Source: a virus (lineage: Duplodnaviria; Caudoviricetes). From it: a stretch of 64,000 bases of DNA. The stretch covers positions 1-64,000 of the IMG/VR virus record IMGVR_UViG_3300037067_002168. The stretch is one strand, 5' to 3'. Below the pieces are notes generated by a model. The model was not told the origin of the DNA and ran no database searches. It was given only the letters and a program-made list of their open reading frames with translations. Shown here in pieces: positions 18,878-26,956 of this stretch (position 1 is its first letter; the number at the start of each line of letters is the position of its first letter). Position numbers and translations under genes: made by a program.

Positions 18878-20755
18878 ATGAAAACAAAATCCCCCCAGGC
18901 TAAGTCGAAGAAATCTCCCCGCGTTCGCTGCTCACGGTGCCACTTACTGTTCGACCGATCATCACTGGATGACCAGAAGCAGTGCGTCACCTGTCGAAAG
19001 GTAACGTCGGAGGCAGCCAAGCAGCCAGCGGACCCTACTACGACAATCACCCGTTCTACGACGCAGAGTCGGACGGATACAGAGAGGACGCCTTCTATCC
19101 CAACGAATTTGACGGACCAGCCGACTGAAAAGATTTACGGCGACCGGCACCAGAAATTGGCCGACCGACTGCGACAGGCCAAGGACACGGGCGTCGATAT
19201 TGCCCCGCACCTGGTCGTGGAAGCGCGAGCCGGAACTGGTAAGACGACCACGTTGATCGAGGGCCTGAAGCGAATCAAGGGCATCCAGAGTAGCCTGGTA
19301 CCTAGCCCCCAGCAGGTTGCCGTGTGGGAGCAGATGGAGTTGAGTGCTGGAAGGGCGCAAACAATCGGCTTCGTCGCTTTCAACAAGAGCATCGCCACCG
19401 AACTCCAGAAGCGAGTACCAGCGGGTTGCGATGCAATGACGATGCACAGCCTCGGCTTCCGCGCCGTGCAGAAGGCGTTCGGCCAAGTCGCTGTCAACAG
19501 CTATCGCGTCCAGGACATTATCAGCGAATTGCTAGGCCAAGACACCCGTGAACTACGCCGACGTAAACCTGAAGTTATCAAGGCTACGGAGGAGCTGGTC
19601 GGTCTGTGCAAGATGAACCTCGTCAACCCGATCGGTGGGGATGATTACGGGATGATTTCCGATCTTGCTTCCTACTACGACGTGGAAGTCAACGGCCACT
19701 CGTCTGAGATTTTTGACCTAGTTCCCCGCGTTCTGGAGCGGTGCAAGGATGTGAAGCGCGACAACTGCATCGACTTCAACGACATGATCTGGTTGCCAGT
19801 GGTTCTGGCGTTGAATGTCTACAAGTACGACCTGCTGCTAGTCGATGAATGCCAAGATTTATCAAAAGTACAACAAGAACTGGCCAAGCAGGCGGGTCGC
19901 CGATTGATACTGTGTGGTGATCCGAAACAGGCGATTTACGGGTTTGCAGGAGCAGACGCTGAGAGTATGGCGAGGGTAGAAAAGGAATTGATAACGACTG
20001 ACCGTGGTTGTATTCATCTACCACTCACTGTCACACGCCGGTGTAGTAAGGCAGTCGTCAAAGAAGCTCAACAGTTTGTAACTGACTTCGAGGCATTCGA
20101 GACGAACCCAGAAGGCAAAATCAGCAGGGCCAATTTCAAGAAGCAAGAAGGCAATCAGACTAATAACGGCTGGTACGGCAAGTCGGTCAGCAATGGCGAC
20201 ATGGTTCTCTGCCGTTGCAACGCCCCGTTGGTGTCGGAGTGCTTTCGATTTCTCAAGCTGGGTCGTAAGGCAACAATACAAGGAAGAGACGTTGGACAGG
20301 GCCTCATCAGCACCATCAAGAAGGTGCTCAAGGTCAAGGACGAGGTAGAGCTGGAACGGCATAGCGTCGTGGACCTTATTGCCCAGTTAGACGATTGGCT
20401 ACATACCGAGTCTACTAAGGAGCGTGCTAAGAGAAACCCAAGCGACAACAGGCTGATCAACCTCCAGGACAAGCACGACTGCCTCCTGTGCTTCTGCAGT
20501 GAATTACAAAATGCAATGCAGGTCGTCCAGAAGGTCAATTCCATTTTTACGGACGACAAGAGCGGAACTGGCATCAAGCTAAGTTCCATACACAAGGCAA
20601 AAGGTATGGAGGCGGATCGAGTATTCTTCCTGCGGCCGGAAGGTGCCCCATGCCCCCACCCTATGGCCAAGAGCGTCTGGGAGCAAGAACAGGAGCGCAA
20701 TTTAGTGTATGTGGCGATTACCAGGGCGATAATCGAACTAGTGTACGTTTCTTAG
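18878..20755 (+). CDS. UvrD/Rep-like SF1 helicase
   Basis: ARAGTGKTT, LVDECQD, GDPKQAIYGF, SIHKAKGME, YVAITRA. Confidence 0.93.
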   Translation: MKTKSPQAKSKKSPRVRCSRCHLLFDRSSLDDQKQCVTCRKVTSEAAKQPADPTTTITRSTTQSRTDTERTPSIPTNLTDQPTEKIYGDRHQKLADRLRQAKDTGVDIAPHLVVEARAGTGKTTTLIEGLKRIKGIQSSLVPSPQQVAVWEQMELSAGRAQTIGFVAFNKSIATELQKRVPAGCDAMTMHSLGFRAVQKAFGQVAVNSYRVQDIISELLGQDTRELRRRKPEVIKATEELVGLCKMNLVNPIGGDDYGMISDLASYYDVEVNGHSSEIFDLVPRVLERCKDVKRDNCIDFNDMIWLPVVLALNVYKYDLLLVDECQDLSKVQQELAKQAGRRLILCGDPKQAIYGFAGADAESMARVEKELITTDRGCIHLPLTVTRRCSKAVVKEAQQFVTDFEAFETNPEGKISRANFKKQEGNQTNNGWYGKSVSNGDMVLCRCNAPLVSECFRFLKLGRKATIQGRDVGQGLISTIKKVLKVKDEVELERHSVVDLIAQLDDWLHTESTKERAKRNPSDNRLINLQDKHDCLLCFCSELQNAMQVVQKVNSIFTDDKSGTGIKLSSIHKAKGMEADRVFFLRPEGAPCPHPMAKSVWEQEQERNLVYVAITRAIIELVYVS

Positions 20756-20773
20756 GTAATCAGGTATCAATTT

Positions 20774-21001
20774 TTGGAGAACAAGATGAACGAGATAAAA
20801 TGTAAATCAGAGAAAAAGAAGACAGTCCATCTCAAACTTGTCGGACTAGACGGTAACGCTTTCGTGCTGATGGGGGCGTTCCAGCGTCAGGCTAGAAAGG
20901 AAGGATGGACCAGCGAGGAAATCGGTACGGTGCTGGACAAATGCCGGTCTAGTGATTACGACCACCTACTGTTCACCCTGCAGGAGCACTGCAGGAGTTA
21001 G
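20774..21001 (+). CDS. conserved phage hypothetical protein
   Basis: LVGLDGNAFVLMG...EGW...DYDHLL. Confidence 0.75.
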   Translation: MENKMNEIKCKSEKKKTVHLKLVGLDGNAFVLMGAFQRQARKEGWTSEEIGTVLDKCRSSDYDHLLFTLQEHCRS

Positions 21002-21053
21002 TCTACCCAGTTTACGATTTTACCCCCCCCCACCATCATTTTTGGAGAATACG

Positions 21054-21323
21054 ATGACCCACTACGAGCGATTCTTGATACGCATCACGGACGAGGTATT
21101 CGACCGTGCCTATCAGGAGGGACTGACCTGGATCGGGTTGGCCAATCTAGCAGGCGTCTCAGTTACTACTGTTTATAACTTAGGAAATCGAATCACTCGA
21201 TTTCCGCAACTGAGAACCTTCTTCCTGTTGGCCAAGGCCGTCGGAATGAGGATCGACATATTGAGAAAGGAGGTAAATCATTATGAAGCGCAGAGCGAAG
21301 TTAGAGAAGCAGTCCATAGCTAG
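21054..21323 (+). CDS. XRE-like HTH regulator
   Basis: LANLAGVSVTTVYNL...PQLRT. Confidence 0.7.
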   Translation: MTHYERFLIRITDEVFDRAYQEGLTWIGLANLAGVSVTTVYNLGNRITRFPQLRTFFLLAKAVGMRIDILRKEVNHYEAQSEVREAVHS

Positions 21324-21555
21324 CCGCGTAGCTCAGTGGGACGCGGTTAAACCAAACTTGCCGGCCGGGCAGGTCGCTAAAGAACTCAAGTTGACCTTGA
21401 AGCAGGTTTATAATGCGAGAACCACGAATGGTAAGAAGGCCGGCGTGACCTCCGGTTCAGCCACTCAACTTGACGAACGTGACATCGTCGCTATCTCGAA
21501 GATCGGGATAGCCAAGACGGAACGGATACTGAACCTGCTCAAGCGATTGAAGTAG
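21283..21555 (+). CDS. hypothetical basic/DNA-binding protein
   Basis: AAAGGAGG RBS; HTH-like VAKELKLTLKQVYN. Confidence 0.6.
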   Translation: MKRRAKLEKQSIASRVAQWDAVKPNLPAGQVAKELKLTLKQVYNARTTNGKKAGVTSGSATQLDERDIVAISKIGIAKTERILNLLKRLK

Positions 21556-21627
21556 CAGAGGGAGCCAGTCAACTTAGGTTAACTGGCTTAATGCGCTGCC
21601 TACGGTAGGCAACGGTCCCAAGCCCGT
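21555..21627 (+). ncRNA. twister ribozyme, P5-type permutation
   Basis: GCA-GA-GGG-P1 hairpin-UAA-UGC-GC-P3-ACGG-UCCCAAGC-CCGU; P2, P4, T1 and T2 can all pair. Confidence 0.75.
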
Positions 21628-21644
21628 CTCGTAAGGAGGCAGTT

Positions 21645-21725
21645 ATGTTAGCCGATTTGAAGGTGATAGCGTTAGGATTCTGCGGTGTCGTCATCCTATG
21701 GGTCTATCTGATCTTTTGGTGCTAA
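21645..21725 (+). CDS. 26-aa hydrophobic peptide
   Basis: AAGGAGG RBS; MLADLKVIALGFCGVVILWVYLIFWC. Confidence 0.6.
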   Translation: MLADLKVIALGFCGVVILWVYLIFWC

Positions 21726-21781
21726 CTAATCAGACGCCCTTAGTTCTAACCGTCAAGACCAATCTCTCGGGAGAGCAGATT

Positions 21782-21961
21782 ATGCCGAATCTACCAGCTA
21801 AATTGAACAGCCAACCGTCGATACGCCGCATCGTTCGATGCCCGGCGTGCCATGCCGAGCAGTTTGACGGCGGGAAGCGTAACACGTGTGTACGATGCGG
21901 CACCCAGCCGATCCCAAGTTACTCTTACCCCAAGGGGTGCTCGTTCTACCCCAAAAACTAG
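21782..21961 (+). CDS. small Zn-ribbon protein
   Basis: CPAC...CVRC. Confidence 0.6.
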   Translation: MPNLPAKLNSQPSIRRIVRCPACHAEQFDGGKRNTCVRCGTQPIPSYSYPKGCSFYPKN

Positions 21962-21964
21962 ATA

Positions 21965-22189
21965 ATGCGGCATCTAATCCAGGGGGCCGAGAAGCGAATC
22001 ACCGAAGGGACGATGACGTTCCACCTGTACGTACGCACCGAGGTACCTAACAACCGTCGCGGTAAGTATGATCACGGCGTGGATGCAGACCTGCCGATGG
22101 AGATGTTGCGCGACGCCGTGCTTCCGGTTTTGACAGCCGAACTGAATAAGAGTTTGCTGAAGTTCAAGAATATGCCATTTACAACATAG
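21965..22189 (+). CDS. hypothetical protein
   Basis: 74-aa ORF in operon. Confidence 0.5.
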   Translation: MRHLIQGAEKRITEGTMTFHLYVRTEVPNNRRGKYDHGVDADLPMEMLRDAVLPVLTAELNKSLLKFKNMPFTT

Positions 22190-22191
22190 GA

Positions 22192-23016
22192 ATGCCGATG
22201 ACGTCACTATTTCAGCAGCATCGAAGCAAGTGGTCAAACTGTGATCGGTGCTTACTCTGCTCTCAGAGAACAAACGTGGTGCTCGCTCGCGGTAGAATAC
22301 CTGCCCCGATTCTACTCTGCGGTGAAGCGCCCGGTGTTTCAGAAGACGTTCTCGGTTCTCCGTTTATCGGCCCTGCCGGTAAATTGCTGGATCATATTCT
22401 TGCCAGAGCGATTGACGGACAGTTTGACTATTGTCTGACGAATCTGGTAGGATGTATACCAAGAGTTCCGCCACCAGTCGTCGTCAACATGCGAAAGTCT
22501 GAGTATGATGTTCGTATTGACCGGCAGTCTGAGTGGGGCAACCCGTTCGTCATCGGCAAAGATGGCACTCGATCAGAGGTCATCGACAAGTATGCCGATT
22601 GGTTGCCCATGCAGTTAAAACTGGTCGGCAAACTGCAGTCCCTTGCCGGAAAACGATTGGGCTGCTACTGTTATCCACAGCCGTGTCACGGCGATGTGAT
22701 CGTCAAGTTATTTAGCGAAGTGATCGGCAACGACAAGGTCAGTGAGCCGCCAGAAGAGTCTATCAAAACCTGCTCTGAACGATTGGCTGAGTTTATCTCA
22801 ATCTGTAAACCTAAACTGATCGTCATGGTCGGTAAGTTAGCAGACAAGTGGGTTCCAAGAGTAACAGAACAGATAGAAAGAAGACGGGGAGAGAAGGCAG
22901 TTCAGTGGGCGTCTATCACCCACCCAGCGGCGATACTTCGTATGGATGTCAGTCAACGCGGACTGGCAATTCAGCGGTGCATCGTAACTTTAGAAGACGC
23001 CGTAGCCGAATTATAA
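22192..23016 (+). CDS. udg: family-4-type uracil-DNA glycosylase with inserted DUF4326-like domain
   Basis: CxxC, GEAPG..ED..G.PFIGPAG, TN.V.C, HPAA; insert WGNPF...GKRLGCYCYPQPCHGDV. Confidence 0.85.
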   Translation: MPMTSLFQQHRSKWSNCDRCLLCSQRTNVVLARGRIPAPILLCGEAPGVSEDVLGSPFIGPAGKLLDHILARAIDGQFDYCLTNLVGCIPRVPPPVVVNMRKSEYDVRIDRQSEWGNPFVIGKDGTRSEVIDKYADWLPMQLKLVGKLQSLAGKRLGCYCYPQPCHGDVIVKLFSEVIGNDKVSEPPEESIKTCSERLAEFISICKPKLIVMVGKLADKWVPRVTEQIERRRGEKAVQWASITHPAAILRMDVSQRGLAIQRCIVTLEDAVAEL

Positions 23017-23051
23017 ATAGCCCTCGAAAAATAGTTTATAATAGTAGAGTT
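23011..23051 (+). promoter_or_regulatory. promoter-like 41-bp direct repeat, copy 1
   Basis: TATAAT at 23037-23042; 37/41 identical to 25023-25063. Confidence 0.75.
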
Positions 23052-23084
23052 GTTTTTCACCGCCCTAGCTTAAAGGATACCAAA

Positions 23085-23768
23085 ATGTCTAAGAAAATTG
23101 CTGCTAGTTCTCCGCAAGACGACAATCAAAGTAAACCGCATTTAATTAGCATCCCGCCTCTCATGCAGGCCGAGATACACCTAGTCTTAGTTGGAGATAG
23201 GCCATTACTGGTTAATAACAAGTTGGCCGTAGCTGAAGAATTGGATGCAACTTATGGCCCTGGTGCTAGAAGAACAGTACCCAAGGCTCCACCAACGCCG
23301 GAGGAATGCTACATAAGGTCCTTTTATGTATTGCCTGATAGCAAGTATGCTGCTCCCAGTCTAAAGGCGCGTTACGGAGTACCGTGTAGTGGTATCAAGA
23401 AATGTGCTTGCTCAGCGATTCGCAGCACTGGTATTACCGACAATACAACTGTTGGACTGATACAACGGTCATTTTGGGTACTGGAAGACAGTGGTGGATT
23501 ATGCTTACTCCAGTTCAAACGACTGGAACACGACGTAAGAGCGGTCAATATTGGTAGTGGGCAGAAGACGGTGCCACGCATGGCGCATCGGCCAATTTTC
23601 TTTGATTGGCGAATCAACATTCGCATCAAATACAACCCACTGACGTTATCTCCAGAGACATTGTTTAACTTATTCATGTACGCCGGTCAATGTATTGGCC
23701 TTTGCGAGTTACGTGCTGAGAAAAAGCAAGGTCAGTGTGGTGGATTCATCGTCGAAGCTGGTAAGTAG
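23085..23768 (+). CDS. RAMP/Cas7-like protein (candidate RNA-guided effector)
   Basis: L.GDRPLLVN start, YGVPCSGIKK, RPIFFDW, C-terminal Gly-rich loop AGQCIGLCELR...GQCGGF.V; directly followed by a pentamer array. Confidence 0.65.
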   Translation: MSKKIAASSPQDDNQSKPHLISIPPLMQAEIHLVLVGDRPLLVNNKLAVAEELDATYGPGARRTVPKAPPTPEECYIRSFYVLPDSKYAAPSLKARYGVPCSGIKKCACSAIRSTGITDNTTVGLIQRSFWVLEDSGGLCLLQFKRLEHDVRAVNIGSGQKTVPRMAHRPIFFDWRINIRIKYNPLTLSPETLFNLFMYAGQCIGLCELRAEKKQGQCGGFIVEAGK

Positions 23769-23771
23769 CCT

Positions 23772-23962
23772 ATCTGTATTGGCTCGGAAAGGATCGGAGT
23801 GGAATAGAGTAGACAGGAACCGCTGTACCGGAGAGGAAAGGAAATGACAAGAATGGACTGGACCTGCTGTAACGGAGTGGAAGGGCGAGGATTGGCATGG
23901 AACGGAGCAGAACTGCCGTAGTGGATCGGATTGGACTGGGATGGAAAGTAGTGGAACCGCTG
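23772..23962 (+). repeat. non-coding punctuated GGA-NN pentamer array, four units (putative guide RNAs)
   Basis: 7-8 mostly RGA-NN pentamers per unit, separated by C-YGCYG-TANN; stops in all three plus frames. Confidence 0.85.
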
Positions 23963-23976
23963 GAAAGGAAAATCAA

Positions 23977-24540
23977 ATGCCAAAACTGAAATTTGAGTAT
24001 AAAAAAGTTCTGTCAGAAAACTTACGTTACGGCAACAAAAAGCAACGTGAAGCGTTACTCAAGTGGTCTAACCAAAAGAAGTTTGACGGACGTAAACCAA
24101 CGCCAGATGAATTGACATCCGAATGTCTACGTAAGAGTAGTCCGTTATTTGGCCTGATGAAATCAGATGTAAAATCGGCTGCAATGGTATATTGGCGACA
24201 GACAGCTCAGGATATTATTCGTCATATCAATGTTGTGAAAGTCAACATTTATACGAAAGAAATATCGAAGCCTGTCGTAGCTTTCTTGCATATCAAGCGA
24301 GAACAGTGTGGACGAATCTCCGAAAAAAATTATGTCCCTGCTGACAGAATTATGGAAAATCCATTACTACGGCAGAACATTTTAGAACGCGCTCACGGTG
24401 ATTTTTTGGCATGGATGCAACGGTACGAGAGATATTCTGAGTTCTTAGAGGAGTTTTCACCTGTCTTAGATGCGTACCAAAAAGTGTGCAAGTCAATAAA
24501 CCAGAAACCAAAGAAAGTCAAATCAAAGAGAATAGCATGA
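23977..24540 (+). CDS. basic hypothetical protein associated with the RAMP-array locus
   Basis: PTPDEL...SPLF...D..SAA..Y.RQ.AQ.II motif; starts right after the array. Confidence 0.7.
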   Translation: MPKLKFEYKKVLSENLRYGNKKQREALLKWSNQKKFDGRKPTPDELTSECLRKSSPLFGLMKSDVKSAAMVYWRQTAQDIIRHINVVKVNIYTKEISKPVVAFLHIKREQCGRISEKNYVPADRIMENPLLRQNILERAHGDFLAWMQRYERYSEFLEEFSPVLDAYQKVCKSINQKPKKVKSKRIA

Positions 24541-25028
24541 TTCGTAGAAAGTTCTTACAGTTACTGTCGTTGGCTGGAGTTACTATCCCAGTAAAATTAG
24601 CCACTGGTAGCATACTACCGATGGGGCAAGTTACTACGTCCTGGAATGATCAGAATGGGTGGATACCCACTTCAAACCAATTACCAGAAACAATCATACA
24701 ATACGGCCCAGTTATTCGAGTTTCAAAAAGAGTGTTGTTACTACACTGGTCAGGATCGGGGTACCAACGTAAGTTTGAATACCAAAACAAAGTTACAGAT
24801 CGATATTCAGTAAGTACAGGTAGACTGATTACCTATCAATATGACGACGTTACAATTGGTCTTGCAGACGTTATACCATTACTCGATTATCGAAAACCCT
24901 GGTGGCTTATAGATACAATACAGCATCCGAAGTTTACAGATAAGGATAGGTTAGTTCTCTCATCCGCCGTGCAACTAAATCTAAGCCATGTTAAATGTTG
25001 GCGGCCTTATTTTTGCCCAGAGTTATAA
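24537..25028 (+). CDS. hypothetical protein with Tat-like N-terminus
   Basis: MIRRKFLQLLSLAG; ATGA coupling. Confidence 0.55.
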   Translation: MIRRKFLQLLSLAGVTIPVKLATGSILPMGQVTTSWNDQNGWIPTSNQLPETIIQYGPVIRVSKRVLLLHWSGSGYQRKFEYQNKVTDRYSVSTGRLITYQYDDVTIGLADVIPLLDYRKPWWLIDTIQHPKFTDKDRLVLSSAVQLNLSHVKCWRPYFCPEL

Positions 25029-25063
25029 ATAGCCCCTGGAAAATAGTTTATAATAGTAAAGTT
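25023..25063 (+). promoter_or_regulatory. promoter-like 41-bp direct repeat, copy 2
   Basis: TATAAT at 25049-25054; matches 23011-23051. Confidence 0.75.
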
Positions 25064-25075
25064 ACGTCATGATAC

Positions 25076-25196
25076 GTTGCTTGGTTTGGTAGAATCTTAC
25101 TACTGTGTAAAACCGAGCAACTGAAAGACGGCAGGAGCGGTCCGTAGCTCGCTCCGAGGTGGGTTTGGTATCCCCCATGACCGCTCCTGTCCGTCT
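25076..25196 (+). ncRNA. structured leader or small RNA (two long hairpins)
   Basis: gttgcttggttt/aaaccgagcaac and agacggcaggagcggtc/gaccgctcctgtccgtct stems. Confidence 0.5.
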
Positions 25197-25223
25197 GTAT
25201 TATCTAGCAAATTGGAGAGAACG

Positions 25224-26324
25224 ATGGTTATCATAAGAACGAAGAAACTCGTCAAGAAGCAAATAACGCCAGTTTGGGAAGGACCAGAGAGTACTGGTCG
25301 CAATGGCGGTGTCACCCAGTCTCTGCTAAACCGATTCATCCTATGTCGTGAGCGGTTTCGATTGTTGGTAATTGACGGGTTACAATCTGCCGATTCATTT
25401 AATCACCGGCTCGAATATGGCCAGATGTGGCATTGCTGCGAAGAGTGGTTTGCTCAAAATAAGTCTTGGCAAGATGCATTGCGTAACTATTCCGTTGGAC
25501 TGTGTCAACGCTACCAGACGCAACAAGAACAAGTTCAGCATTGGTACAACGTCTGCAAGACGCAGTTTCCGCTCTACGTCCAGTACTGGGCTAAACACAA
25601 AGATGTCGTTCAACGGACCCCGCTGCTGCAGGAAGTTTCGTTCAATGTACCCTACGAATTACCCTCCAAGCGCGTCGTTCGGCTGCGAGGTAAGTGGGAT
25701 AGCGTCGATCTGATTGGCAAAGGAAAGTCCGCTGGAATCTATCTACAAGAAAATAAGACCAAAGCAGACATCAACGAGGAGCAGATCAAGCGACAGATGC
25801 AGTTTGACCTTCAGACGATGCTGTATTTGGTTGCTTTGCAGACAGAGTTGAAACAAGAGTTACGCGACGGTTTTCCAAAAGGAAACTTGGCGGGGGTCCG
25901 CTACAACGTCATTCGTCGGCCGCTGAGTGGCGGCAGGGGTAGTATAGTTCGGCACAAGGCAAAGGGATCGACGCCAGAAGAGACGCTGGAGCATTATTAC
26001 GGACGATTACGAGATATAATAGAGGAATCACCGCAGGAATTCTTCATGCGTTGGAAGGTTGAGGTGACTCAGCAAGACATCACTCGGTTCAGACGTGAGT
26101 GCCTTGATCCACTGCTTGAGAGTCTTTGTGACTGGTGGGAGTTCATCTCGACGCATCTGGACGATCCGTTTGACCCTGCTAGTCACGGTATCCATTCAAG
26201 AACGCCGTTCGGCTTGTACAACGTGCTGGCAGAAAGTGGATCGACTGAAGTGGACGAGTACCTGGCGACCGGCTCTACTGTCGGTCTGCAAAAGGCAGTT
26301 ACTCTGTTCAACGAATTGGAGTAA
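25224..26324 (+). CDS. PD-(D/E)XK (RecB/Cas4-like) exonuclease
   Basis: QS.L..FILCRERF, LRGKWDSVD, LQENKTK, Q.MLY. Confidence 0.8.
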   Translation: MVIIRTKKLVKKQITPVWEGPESTGRNGGVTQSLLNRFILCRERFRLLVIDGLQSADSFNHRLEYGQMWHCCEEWFAQNKSWQDALRNYSVGLCQRYQTQQEQVQHWYNVCKTQFPLYVQYWAKHKDVVQRTPLLQEVSFNVPYELPSKRVVRLRGKWDSVDLIGKGKSAGIYLQENKTKADINEEQIKRQMQFDLQTMLYLVALQTELKQELRDGFPKGNLAGVRYNVIRRPLSGGRGSIVRHKAKGSTPEETLEHYYGRLRDIIEESPQEFFMRWKVEVTQQDITRFRRECLDPLLESLCDWWEFISTHLDDPFDPASHGIHSRTPFGLYNVLAESGSTEVDEYLATGSTVGLQKAVTLFNELE

Positions 26325-26331
26325 TCGTCTA

Positions 26332-26550
26332 ATGCCGAAATTACCTAAGAAGTTGACAAACAAATCTAACCGGGTTAAACAGACAGACATTCGCGTGTCG
26401 TCTAGGCAGTTGGCGGAACGGATTTACCGTTTGATAGACACCGCGTATGCTCTAGTAAAAGAACTACAAGACATCCAGGTTATCTTACATACTACAGGAC
26501 TATGCGACTGCGGACCAGTCGTAGAAGACAAAAATGACATCCCCTTCTAA
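26332..26550 (+). CDS. hypothetical protein
   Basis: 72 aa. Confidence 0.5.
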   Translation: MPKLPKKLTNKSNRVKQTDIRVSSRQLAERIYRLIDTAYALVKELQDIQVILHTTGLCDCGPVVEDKNDIPF

Positions 26551-26956
26551 GACAAACCGGCGCAGAAAGTCCACTGTTCATAGAATAGAACGCGGGTGGG
26601 CCGGTCACTATTGTTTAGCAGATCGTTGCCTATTCCGCCGCAACACGCTACTCAAGTATCTACGAGTTGAGATTGTCGTATCAACGGTGGGATTATGTAG
26701 AATTCGCCCAGAAGACTGTACATTCAGTGTATTGGATGCTAACTACAGTATGTACGAAACACGGGCATTCCATACTGATCCCGCCGATCAGAGATACCAC
26801 GACATTGACTGTACACGAGAGATTACTTTTATCAGTCCTTGGTCTATCAAGCAAATTGATGCTGACGATCTGGCAAACCAGATGCACGAAACAGTAGTAT
26901 CTGAAATAATAAAACGCCTAGAAAATGGAGAACAATTCGATGCCGACCGTGATTAA
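26534..26956 (+). CDS. hypothetical protein
   Basis: ERGWAGHY...C.FRRNTLL. Confidence 0.65.
   Translation: MTSPSKTNRRRKSTVHRIERGWAGHYCLADRCLFRRNTLLKYLRVEIVVSTVGLCRIRPEDCTFSVLDANYSMYETRAFHTDPADQRYHDIDCTREITFISPWSIKQIDADDLANQMHETVVSEIIKRLENGEQFDADRD

Noticed and set aside
23772-23962. Canonical CRISPR array
   Set aside because: There are no 25-45-bp repeats with unique spacers and no cas1/cas2; variation is interleaved within 5-nt units.
23732-23983. Minus-strand ORFs 23732-23983 and 23770-23976
   Set aside because: Low-complexity shadows of the pentamer array, antisense to the operon, with no RBS.
25224-26324. Cas4 as an adaptation module for the array
   Set aside because: It lies outside the repeat-bounded cassette, beside the Sak4-like ATPase and SSB, which is the usual phage recombination context.
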